64,000 nucleotides of DNA from Okamejei kenojei (taxonomy: Eukaryota), in the NCBI GenBank assembly GCA_035221665.1, contig CM069154.1:5208001-5272000 (forward strand). The letters run 5' to 3'. The translations under genes were made by a program, and so were the position numbers. The first letter of the stretch is position 1; each line of letters begins with the position of its first letter. The notes under the pieces are model-generated. The model made no database searches, was not told where the DNA came from, and was given only the letters and a program-made list of their open reading frames with translations. Positions 39,401 to 51,382 of this stretch are shown piece after piece.

Positions 39401-42189
39401 TGAAATGTTTCCTCTATTTAATAATTCACTATTATAAAACTATTATCACCATATATAACCATTCTACCTCAATATGTTACCCATTCCTTCTCTCCTGAAG
39501 TGCTGCCTGACTCGCTGAGTAACTTCAGCATCTTGTGTCTATCTTTGATTTAAGCCAGCATCTTCAGTTCTTTCTTGCACACTTCCTGAATCCTATCCCT
39601 TTATCATGCACGCTCTTTGTATAACTTTAGCCTATTGTTCCCTGCTTCCTAGTTACAGTATTGGGGGACCATCAAGACGCTCAGTGACTAAACTTACCTG
39701 TTGTTTTGATTATATAAAATGTTTAAAATCATTGCTGTATAAAAACTGATCACTACAAGTGTCGGAAACAAATGTTGTGTGGGAGTGAAGATAGACACAA
39801 AAAGCCAAAGTAACTCAGCGGGTTAGGCGACATCTCTGGAGAAAAGGAATAGGTGACGTTTTGGGTCGAGACCCTTCTTCAGACTGATAGTCAGGGAGGG
39901 ATGAATTTTTTAGAATTTTAGAATAACGTTGATTGTCATTTGAACCTAAGTTCAAACAAAATTACGTTTCTGCAGTCATACAAACAAGAAAAAAAACCAA
40001 GACAAATAATTAACACAATTTACATAAACACCTCCTCACTGTGATGGAAGGCAAAGTCTTGTCTCTCCGCTGTCTCTCCTCTGTTCTTTATTCTTCTCCC
40101 GATGTTGAATGAGCAATATGAAAAGGTAGAACAAATGAATGAAATGAAAAGACAAATCAAAGCCACATTGATGATCAAGGAAACATGGAGCCCACAATGA
40201 TCCATTGTTGGCTGTGGAGAAGGTGATAAGGAGTGAGACAGTGAAACTCTGCAGGATGGCAGTTAACCAATATGACGACTAGGGTGGGCGCAGAGGGGAT
40301 GCAAGGGGTACCTGAAGTTGGAGAAATCAATATTCATACCGCTGGGTTGTAAGCTGCCCAAGTGATAGATGTTCCTCTAATTCGTGTGTGGCCTCACTTT
40401 GACAGTGGAGGAGGCCCAGGTCAGAATGGGAAGGGCAGTGAAAGTGTTTAGCAACAGGGAGTTCACATTGTGTGTTGTTGTACATCGTGTGGTTTGCTGC
40501 AGCCACAGTCCTTGAATCAGTAACTTCCTGTCTGCTGTAGATCTGCCCACATGCAAAACCAGCATCAATATAACTGAGCTGAGCACTAGTTTTAACCACA
40601 GATCTTTGGTTTTACCAAGAATTTAACCACCACCGCAGTCATATAAGGGCTGCTTTGTTCTGACGATAAGAATGATTGGTCAAAGCTGTTTAACAAAAAG
40701 TTAAGTGGCCAATGGATGAATTATTTAAAGTCTCAATTATCTTCATCTAATTTGGACATTAGCTCATTGATTTCTTCAGACTTCGAGACTTCTGTTACAT
40801 GTTTGATTATTTAAAAAAAGTTTTTTCCCTTTTCTTTAATGGAATGCTGAAGTTAATAATGAAATTAATCTCAAATAGATTTAAGATTAGCACAGTGGCG
40901 CAGCAGGAGAGCTGGTTTGATCCTGACCTCCGGTGCTGTCAGTGTGGAGTTTGCACGTTCTCTCTGGGTCAGTGTGAGTTTTTTTTTGTCTGGGTGCTCT
41001 GATTTCCTGATTTACAGAGGACAATTGGCCTCTGTAAATTGCACCTGGTGTATAGGGAGTGGATGAGAAAGTGGTTACGTTTTGTTCAAGAAAGAACTGC
41101 AGATGCTCAAAAAATCAAAGGTAGACAAAAATGCTGGAGGAACTCAGCGGGTGAGGCAGCATCTATGGAGCGAAGGAATAGGTGACGTTTCGGGTCGAGC
41201 CCCTTCTTCAGACTGTGTAACAGAACTAGTGTTAACGGGTGATTGATTGACGGTTGGCATGAACTGGATTTCATGCTTTATCTCCAGACTCCAAACAAAG
41301 CCCAATGTGCCGATATGGGGGAGAGAAATCCTCAATGATATTTAAGAGCCCTGTCCCAAATAACAATAACAAGTTCAGATTTGTTACCTTTGCTTTCTCT
41401 CTGATTTATCTTGGTGTGGGATTAACTGGTTTATGCCAGTCAATGTGCCAACTGCATGGATAATGTTTCCCCATCTCTGCTAGACGCCACACATGAAACA
41501 ACTTGCACAACTCTGAAATGGGGCCCTTCGATCTGTCACCTCCAAGCGAAACCTTGTACTCTGATCTAGTTTGCCTGCAGTAGGTCCATTTCCGTCAGTG
41601 CTTTGCATACTTAAGGGTCTAAATATAATACAGTAAACCTTTGTTGTAACGGGGAGAGTTGTGTCCGTTATAGCTGATTGTCTGCTACAACAGAGTGTGC
41701 TATGTGGCGTTTCATGTGTAGAGACCCAACAATAACATTTAGGCTGAGCAGGGATTGCACTGACAGAGGCTCCTTTTTTCAGCTGAAACATTAAAGCACG
41801 GTGGCGCAGCGGTAGAGTCGCTGCCTTACAGCTACAGCGCCAGAGACCCGGGTTCGATCCTGACTACGGGGTGCTGTCTGTACGGAGTTTACACCTTCTC
41901 CCCGTGACCCGCTTCGGTTTCCTCCCACACTCCTAAGACGTACAAGTTTGTTGGCTAATTGGCTTGGTATAAATGTAAATCATGAATAGTGTGTGTGTAG
42001 GATAGTGTTAGTGTGCGGGGATCGCTGGTCGGTGCGGACTCGGTGGGCCGAAGGGCCTGTTTCCGTGCTGTATCTCTAAACTAACCTAAACTAAGCAAAG
42101 GTCCAAGGGCGAGGAAGTGGCACGGGGTGGCGTCGGCAGCCAGGCCTGGCAGTGAAGTTCGGTCAGTCTCTCCGCTATAATCGGTGCGA

Positions 42190-42585
42190 TATAAAGAGAG
42201 GGGATCTTATTGAAACATATAAAATTCCTAAGGGATTGGACAGGCTAGATGCAGGAAAAATGTTTCCTGTGTCGGGGGAGTCCAGAACCAGGGGTCACAG
42301 TTTAAGAATAAGAGATAGGCCATTTAGGACTGAGATGAGGAAAATCTTTCTCACCCAGAGAGTTGTGAATCTGTGGAATTCTCTGCCACAGAATGTAGTG
42401 GAGGCCACTTAACTGGATGTATTCAAGAGAGAGTTAGATATTCTTAGGGCTAATGGAATCAAGGGATATGGGGAGAAAGCAGGAACGGGAACTGATTCTG
42501 GATGATCAGCCATGATCATATTGAATGATGGTGCTGGCTCGATGGGCCGAATGGCCTACTCCACCTATTTTCAATGTTTCTATAA
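42190..42585 (+). mobile_element. CR1/HER1-like 3' fragment
   Basis: RGDLIETYKI..RGHSLRI..RVVNLWNSLP followed by the shared 3' tail. Confidence 0.85.
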
Positions 42586-42816
42586 AGAGGTCTGTAAAAA
42601 CAAGGTGTTTCCTGTAATTGTATCGGACTCCACCACTCATTTATCATTCAAGTCAGGATGTGTGACTTGATGGGGAACTTGACCGTGTGGTCCATCAACC
42701 ACTTTCTTCAAATCAAATTAAAGAACACTTTTCAGGAACTTCATGAGTTCCCCAAGTTCAAAACCAAATGACACGTCAATTTAAAAAAAATATTCATTCA
42801 TAAGGTCATAAGTGCA

Positions 42817-45800
42817 TAAGTATGATATGGAGTGGAGCTAACTGAAATTAACATCTACGGAAGTTTACAAGAATCATTCCACCAGGGGGTGGGATACACC
42901 CACAGCATGCCTATATGCTGTGATTTGTGACGTTTTTAAATTTTTTTTTAGCTTGTCTATTACACTCTTTATCTATCTTTTTTAAGGCAATTTTTCCTGA
43001 GAGATACCTGCAGAGGCTTGGAATTGGGCTCACCACCCAGCAACTAAAAGGCTTATTTTAAATATTGTGTTACTCCATTTGAAACAAGGGAAACCATGTA
43101 AGCATTAATGCAAGACGATCCTTCTAGGAAAACTGGAGGAATCACCTTTTGTAGTTGGAATGTTAGGGGCGTTAATGAGCCAATTAAAAGGGATAAGGTC
43201 TTAGCCCATCTAAAATCTATTAATACTGATACAGGAGATGCATCTTAAGGATGGTGCTCATAACAGGCTGAAGGCTAATGGGATTGGTCAATTATATCAT
43301 TCTACTTTCCTCTCTAAAGCTAGAGGTACTGCAATCATAATTCGTAAAGGCACACCATTCAAACACAAAGCCACCATAGCCGATAAGGAGGGTAGGTACA
43401 TTATAGTATCTGGGGAGTTATATTCAACCCCACTTACTATGGTGAATATCTATGCCCCTAATTTTGACAACCCACAATTTTTTAATAAAATAATTAACAT
43501 AATCTCAGACTCCACCCAGCAAAATCTGATAATTGGAGGAGACTTCAATTGTGTACTGGACCCATATCTGGATAAATCTTCACAGCAAAGGAGATATAAT
43601 ACAAAATCCAGCGAACGTCCTAAACACTTACATAAAAATATAAACATAACCGACGTATGGAGGATTGTTAATCCATCCGGAAGAGAATATTATTTGTATT
43701 CAGCCGTTCACAAAACGTATAAACGTATTGATTATTTTCTGGTGGGCACAAAATTGATCCCTTTTACAATTAATCCCAAATATCATAATAATATTATTTC
43801 CGATCATTGGCCATTAACATTCTCCTTAAAATTAGAAGGAATGCATAACAAAAAAATGTTCTGGAGATTTAATCCACAAATATTAACTGATTCAGTTTGC
43901 TGTGAGTATCTGAAGCAAAAGATGGAACGATTTTATGAGACAAATGACACACCTGGTATTTCGGCCTCTTTATTATGGGAATCTTTTAAGGCCTTTATTA
44001 GAGGTTCTATTATCTCATATCAAGCGTATAAAAATAAAAAAAAACAGGATGGAACAATTGGAATTAGAAGAACAGATTATACAGCTTGATTTAGAAAATG
44101 CTACTGATCCATCTATTGTCAAACCTAATAAGATAGCGGTGTTAAAATTCAAGTTTAATCAAATTCTTTCCGCACGAATTATTAAGTTATTTGGTGATAA
44201 AACCGCATAAACTTCTGGCACATCAGCTGAGAAAAATGGAAAAAAGATCACACCATCCAAAAAATTAGATCAGAAAAAGGTGAGCTGCTTACACTCCCTA
44301 AAGATATTCATGAAAGATTTTTACAATTCTATCGTAATGTATACACATCTAAAACTTCATAAGAAACAATACAGATTAAAAACTTAGTTGACAATTGCAA
44401 CCTTCCATCACTCAATGCAGTGGAACGAGAAGAATTAGGAGCGCAGATTAAAGTAAAATATATTGAAGAGACCATTAAATCACTGAATAATCGCAAAACT
44501 CCAGGCCCAGATGGGTTCAGTAATGAATTATATAAAAAAATTCATGAATTAATTTCCCCTCGTTTACAAGCCCTTTATATACACGCATTTAAAGAACAGA
44601 CGTTACCACAAACTTTAGCCAAATCAGCTATTACATTGATACCCAAAAAAGACAAAGATCTTGGAAGAGCCAGGATCATATACAGCAATAGCTCTTTTAA
44701 ATGCAGACCAGAAAATATTAGCTAAAACCCTGGCAAGAAGACTAAGTAAGTAAATCAGTAAATTAATACACTCTGATCAAACTGGGTTTATACCTAAGGG
44801 ACATTCGTTCAATAACTTGAGATGCTTGTTTAATATAATGTACACACACAGAACGATAAACTTATCAATTATTTCTTTAGACGCAGAAAAAGCATTTGAC
44901 CAAGAAGGATGGGAATATCTCTTAATAAGAGATCTCTTAAAAGAGATATATAATATCTCTTCACAGTGTTGCAAAAATTCCAACTAGGAGAAAATTTTAT
45001 TTCATGGATAAAGTTGTTATATAACAATCCGACTGCCAGAATACTGACTAGTCAAACTCTGTCACCTAAATTTCAATTATCCAGGGGCAATAGGCAAGGG
45101 TGTGCTTTATCACCAATGTTATTTGCCCTTGCTACAGAACCCTTAACTGAAAGTATAAGAGTACATCCAAGCATTCATGGTTATAACACTAAATATACTA
45201 ATAATAAGATTTTGTTATGTGCAGACGATGTAATTTTATATATTACCAACTCCCAAGTCAGTATCCCAAATATACTAAACCTCATAGAACAATTTGGCTC
45301 CTTCTCAGGGTTTAGAATAAAACTGTAACAAAAGTGAAATTATGCCGATAATACCTCAAGACCCTTCACATCTCCTAAAATTTCCCTTTAGAATTGCTAC
45401 TGAAAATTTTAAATACCTTGGAGTCTACGTGACTAGAAAATACCCCTCTTTATTTCAAGCAAATTTTCCACCATTAATCACCAAATTAAATGTCCTTATT
45501 CAATTTTGGAAAACACTTCCAATTTCCCTTATAGGTAGAGTAAATGTCATAAAGATGATTTTCCTTCCACAACTCCTGTACCTATGTCAATCAATACTGA
45601 TTTACCTCCCTAAAAACTTAAAAAAAAAAACTTGACTGTGATTACAAACTTTATCTGGGATTATAAAACTCATAGAATTCGTAAACGACATTTATGTAAA
45701 CCTAAAGAAATCGGTGGACTGGCTCTCCCTAATTTTCTTCCATATTATTGGGCAACTAATATTAAAAATGTAATTTACTCGTTGGACGATACATGTAAAC

Positions 45801-47165
45801 TGGTTAAAAATGGAGAGGGAAGATTGTTTGCCTTTCAATATAGGCGCAATTCTTCTCTCTCCAATACATCTGAAGACCTCAATGTATGAGAAAAATCCGA
45901 TAATCCATAGTATCTTACGAATTTGGAAACAGTTGAAATCAACCCTCAATTTGAGAAATTTATCTCTTCTTACCAATCGCCAATAATCCCTCTTTTAAAA
46001 AACCGTCTACTTTAGACAAGGCATTTGCTCAATGGGAAAGCCAAGGAATTAAAAATCTGGGAAATCTTTATGAGAAGGGGACCTTCCTTTCGTTTCAAGA
46101 ATTACAGGTGAAATATCATTTGAAAGATATCGTCAGATATTTTCAAATATGAGACTACGTGAAAATATACACCCAAGATTGCCACTCTGTGGGCCCAGAT
46201 ATATTAGATGAATGCATGAACAGAAAGGCGGATACAGATAAGTTAATATCCTATTTCTACAATACCCTTTTTTAATGTACATATCCCATCGTTGGAAATA
46301 ATTAGGCGAGCATGGGAAGATGAATTAGGTTTAACAATTTCTAAGGATAGTTGGGAGGAAAGTCTTTTATATATACATTACTGTTCTCTTAATGTTAGGC
46401 ACCCCCTAATAAAATTTAACATACTGAATAGACTCTATTATTCAAAGTCTAAAATGAACAAGATCTTCCCAAATGTCTCTCCTATCTGTGATAAATGTCT
46501 CCTCCAAGATGCGGCTGTAACCCATTCTTTTGTTTCCTTCACAAAATGACAAAACTTCTGGAGGGAATTTTTGATATCTTTTCCGAAATACTTAAAACTA
46601 AATTAGATCCCGATACAAAACTGATCACACTAGGTATGTCAGAGGCCTGTTCTGAGCTAACGATATTTCAAAGACGTTCCCTTAACAATGGCCTGATGAC
46701 GGCAAAAATATTAATACTCAAATTCTGGAAACAGACAACAGTCCCTACAGTGAAGATGTGGATCACAGACATGTCCGAGACACTACATTTGGAAAACATT
46801 AGGCTTGTCTTGGCGGAAAAAACAGATCAATCTCTTAAGACATGGACAGCCTTTACCGAATTCTTAGAACAATAGTATGGTGCAAAACAAATTTAAATTT
46901 AAATCCGATGCTGGGTTGGATGAGGCGGGCGGCGGGGACGAGCGGCAGATTTTCTTTTGTTCTTCTTCAATCAACCTTTTCAATTTCTACTTTTTTTCTT
47001 GTTTTCTCTTTCTTTTCTTTTTCATTTTTTCATAATTTTAGGTGATAAGGTTAAAATTGAAGCTGTACAATAATTGTCTAATTTTAGATGCCAAATGTTT
47101 TATCTCTGTACAATTGCTTCTAATAAAAATAAAATAAATACATTGAAAATAAAAACAAAACAAAG
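42817..47165 (+). mobile_element. L1-clade LINE (full but frameshifted ORF2, no ORF1) flanked by ~210-bp direct repeats
   Basis: Endonuclease from about 43108 (SWNVRG, GGDFN, RIDY, SDH); RT (QGCALSP, CADD); AATAAA and A-rich tail; repeats at 42603-42816 and 47168-47373. Confidence 0.92.
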
Positions 47166-47838
47166 CGAGGTGTATCCTGTAATTGTATCGGACTCCACCA
47201 CTCATTTATCATTCAAGTCAGGATGTGTGACTCGATTGGGAACTTGGTGACCCTGTGGTCCACCAACCACTTTCTTCAAATCAAATTTTCAGGAACTTAA
47301 TGCGTTTCCCCAAATTCAAAATCAAAAGATACGTCAATTTTTTTAAATATTCATTCATAAGGTCATAAGTGCAAGGAGTAGAATTAGGCCATTCGGCCCA
47401 TCAAGTCTACTCCGCCATTCAATAATGGATGATCTATCTCACCTTCCTAACCCTATTCTCCTGCCTTCTCTCCATAACCTCTGACACCTGAACCTATTCT
47501 GCAGAATCAGAGTGAACATTAACAGTCGAAGAGCAGAGAACTCAGATGGTTAATTGGAAAGGAAGGATGAAAGGAGTTTGGTTAACTTTCGATCAAGGTC
47601 TGGTAAAAAGGTAAGTTGGAAAAAAAAATTAGCACATTAATCACAATAGTCTTTTTTCTAAGAGTTCTCGGACAATTTATTTGTTGCTTTGCTGGTACAT
47701 ATGACAATTAAACACACAGGAGGTTAAGGGGTGATTTTATAGAGGTGTTTAAAATCATGAGGTGAATTGATGGGATGAATACACGGAGTCTTTTGCTCAG
47801 AGTGGAGGAATCGAGAACCAGCGGGCATGGGTTCAAGG

Positions 47839-48206
47839 CAAGGGTTCCCAACCTGGGGTAAATTTCGCCTACCCAGGGAGTAAATATGTTGATTCTGGAT
47901 TTATTTATACATATTTATTCTCATTGATTGATTGTGTTTGGTTCTGGTATACCGGTATCTGTTCATCATCAGTTGTTCATAAATAAGTGAAATAACATTG
48001 GTATGTGCTATTAAAGTTGCCAGCAGGGTGGAAGATTGCAACCTTCACGTGGTCCGCCCTGTTTCGACGAATGCAATCAACCTGGCGTGCACAATCAAAT
48101 AAGATCAAATAGAACAAGTAGTCCTACAACTTTAGGATGTGCGCGCCATACGCAAGAATAAGAAAGTTGCCGGGGTAAACGGGATGAAAAAGGTTGGGAA
48201 CCCCTG
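47839..48206. mobile_element. Non-autonomous hAT-like MITE inside a CR1 fragment (about 47715-48355), itself containing a short retroposon (48026-48162)
   Basis: TIRs CAAGGGTTCCCAACCT and AGGTTGGGAACCCCTG; 8-bp TSD GTT(C/T)AAGG at 47831-47838 and 48207-48214; inner element flanked by AAAGTTGCC. Confidence 0.8.
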
Positions 48207-48361
48207 GTTTAAGGTGAGAGGGGAAAGATTTAAAAGGTACCCGAGTGGCAACTTTCTCACTCAAGGGGTGGTGGTTTCTATCGAACGAGCTGCCAGAGGA
48301 TGTAGTTGAGGCAGTGACTAAACCAACATTTAAAAGACACTTGGACAGGTACATCCCAAAC

Positions 48362-48534
48362 ATCAGCCATGTTTGCCCGATGTTTCTGAGTAATGTATTA
48401 AATAAATAAGTTGCTTAAATTGTTGTGAGGTAAATGAAACTTTCACTACTTGTAATTTACTTAACTTTATTTAAGCTTTAAGCCACTTATTTCTTTAATA
48501 CATTACTCAGAAACGTCTGGCAAACATGGCTGAT
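48362..48534. repeat. Inverted repeat with 58-bp arms and a 57-bp spacer
   Basis: 48362-48419 is the reverse complement of 48477-48534 with about 4 mismatches. Confidence 0.9.
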
Positions 48535-49413
48535 TCCGCAGGCCTTTCCCGCCCGAAATACTTTGCACATGCACACACTCCGGGAATGTCCTGCGCATGC
48601 GCCATACTCTAGAAGAACCCCGCACATGCGCCCACTTCATTCTCCCCTCCTATTTATAAGTTGAGACGGTCAGGAGGTTTAATACATCTTGATGACCGTC
48701 GCAGAACTGGAGCTTCCTGAGGTGGGTTGTTAAAATAAACATATTATTCCAATTCATATCAATTACAACACAACATAACTTAATCTCAAAGAACTGCAGA
48801 TGCTGCAAATTGCCCTTTAGTCTGTAAGGACTAGATGCGAAAATGGGATAACATAAATCTAGTGTGAATGGATGATGGATGGTTGGCATGGACTAGATGG
48901 GCCAAAGAGCCTGTTTCCATGTTGCATCTTTCAATTCAATTAATATGTATATTAACAAGAGGTTTAGAAAGTCTGTCTCAGTGTAATAAACATAAGAGTG
49001 AAATATTTGGTAATAAATTCCACAATCAGAGATTAGTAAGAAGGTAAAACTCAGGCGAATATCAGGACACGGTTTGGGGAAAGCTTTGAAGATACGAGGT
49101 TGGAGGAGATGAGAAGAATTAGAAGGCAGTGGAGGCCAAGTCAATGGATATTTTTAAGGCAGAGATTGAAAGATTCTTGATTAGTACGTGTGTAAGGGGT
49201 TATGGGGAGAAGGCAGGAGAATGGGGTTGAGAGGGAAAGAGAGATCGGCCATGATTGAATGACGGAGTAGACTTGATGGGCCGAATGTCCTAATTCTGCT
49301 CCAACAACTTACGAGAATGGAGAGAGATACGTGAAATATAATATCAGTAAAGACTGTTTGTATGCTGAATATCTACATAAATGTTGAGACAGACATTTTA
49401 TGTCCATTGATAC

Positions 49414-49727
49414 CTTTAAACATCGCGGTTTTAGCCTGTGAGATCCCAATGTCGACTGGTGTCCTGGCCCCACACCAATATTCCCCCACATCTCCTTCAT
49501 CAGTGTTCCTGATCGTGATAGCAAAGTTGTTGAATTTGTTCCCACTGATTGATAATTTGCTGCTGTTGTAGTGATGAGGTGTCGCTATGATGCGGCAACT
49601 ATTCACAGAGACGACTTTACACAAGATTTCTCATATTCTTCAAATTGCACCTTGTACCGGCAATGTATAGTGGTGGCATTGCCCATTACGCCCTTGACTG
49701 TGGTACGGTTTAGTATCCGTGAATCTG
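49414..49727 (-). pseudogene. Ig V-set exon, CD300/pIgR-like, with an apparent 1-nt deletion at about 49626 (real or assembly error)
   Basis: 314 nt between a NAGNAG acceptor and AAAG|GTATC; TVKGVMGNATTIHCRYKVQFEEYEK/(x)LCKVVSVNSCRII..FAITIRNTDEGDVGEYWCG; both the B-F and the C-C' cysteine pairs are present. Confidence 0.8.
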
Positions 49728-50317
49728 CTGTAATGGAAACAAAATGAGGGTATGAGAGATCAGAGATGCTGACTGTTGACTTTAGTCGGGAAGAGCCAAG
49801 GATCCACAAACCTTAGTTTAGAGATACAGCCCACCGAGTCTGCACCGACCAGCGATCCCCGCACATTAACACTTTCCTACATACACTAGGGATGAGTTAT
49901 AATTTTACTCAAAGCCTACAAACCTTGGAGTGTGGGAGGAAACCGGAGCACCCGGGAAAAACCCACGAAGGTCACAGGGACAACGTACAAACTCCGTACA
50001 GACGGCACCCGTGGTCAGGATCGAACCCGGGTCTCTGGGGCTGTGAGGCAGCAACTCTTCCGCTGTGCCACGGGGTGGCTCCCTCACTAATGGGATGCTG
50101 AAGATGGAGAGTTAACGTGAGGCCATGCGCAAATTGGAGGAACAGCACTTCATATTTTGCTTGGTTCGCTTACAACCCAGCAGTATGAATGTTGAATTCT
50201 CCAACTTTAAGTAACTTCTACTAACACTCCACTCCCCTACCCCCTTGCCCCCTTCCACCCTAGTTCTACCAACTATTCCCCAGCTCCATTCTTTCAGTCT
50301 GAGGAATTGCCCCGACC

Positions 50318-50750
50318 CGGAGCGGCTGGGCTTGTACACTCTGAAGTTTAGAAGGATGAGAGGGGATCTTATTGAAACATATAAGATTATTACGGGTTTG
50401 GACACGCTAGAGGCAGGAAACATGTTCCTGACGTTGGGGGAATCCAGAACCAGCGGTCACAGTTTATGAATAAGGGGTAAGCCATTTAGAACGGAGATGA
50501 GGAAACACTTTTTCACACAGAGAGTTGTGAGTGTGGAATTTTCTGCCTCAGAGGGCGGTGGAGGTCGGTTTTCTGGATACTTTCAAGAAACAGCTAGGTA
50601 GGGCTCCTAAAGATAGCAGAGTCAGGGGATATGGGGAGAAGGCAAGAATGGGGTACTGATTGGGGATGATCAGCCATGATCACATTGAATGGCGGTGCTG
50701 GCTTGAAGGGCCGAATGGCCTACCCCTGCACCTATTGTCTATCGTCTATT
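50318..50750 (+). mobile_element. CR1/HER1-like 3' fragment inserted in a Penelope-derived element
   Basis: LGLYTLKFRRMRGDLIETYKI.. plus ctattgt tail; the host element resumes at GACCCAAAATGTCAC. Confidence 0.8.
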
Positions 50751-51070
50751 GACCCAAAATGTCACGTATTCAATTTCTCCCGGGAAGCTGCCTGTCCCGC
50801 TGAGTTACTCCAGCATTTTGTGTCTATCTTCGGTGCACACCAGCATCCTTCCAACACACCTTTGTAAGTTAAACGCGCTTAACAATCGGTAGACACAAGG
50901 AACTGCAGATGCTGGAATCTGCTGGAAAGCGTAGAAAGTGCTGGAGTAACTCAGCAGGACGGGCAGCACCTCTCCATAACAATCAGCATGCTCATTATGG
51001 CACAGCAGTCCAAGTGTATATTATCAGTGAAGCATATTATCAGTCTTAAAATCTTCGGAAAACCTCTTAC

Positions 51071-51382
51071 CTGTGAATACATCCAGCACGACAATATCTG
51101 AAACATGGATTCCATTTGTCTGAATAGTTCCACACCAGTATGTTCCTGCATCATTCTTCTGAAGTTGACTTGTTACAAAAACAGACCCATTGAGTCTTCT
51201 CATTGATATCCTTCCACTACGGTTCTCATCTTGCTGAGTGTTGACTATTATTTGACACTCTTTTCGAGAATAGGCTTTGCACCAGCTGACAGGTCCTGTT
51301 TTCTGAGCGTTTGGACATTCTATAGTCACTGTTTCTCCCTCGCCAGCTCTTATCGCCATCAGGTGAAGCTGTGCTAGGGAAC
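51071..51382 (-). CDS. Ig V-set exon, CD300/pIgR/TREM-like (intact, 312 nt)
   Basis: CCCAACAG|GT acceptor, ACAG|GTAAGA donor, phase 1; AGEGETVTIECP..SWCKAYSRKECQIIV..GRISM..LQKNDAGTYWCG..VVLDVFT, with the family C-C' disulfide. Confidence 0.9.
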
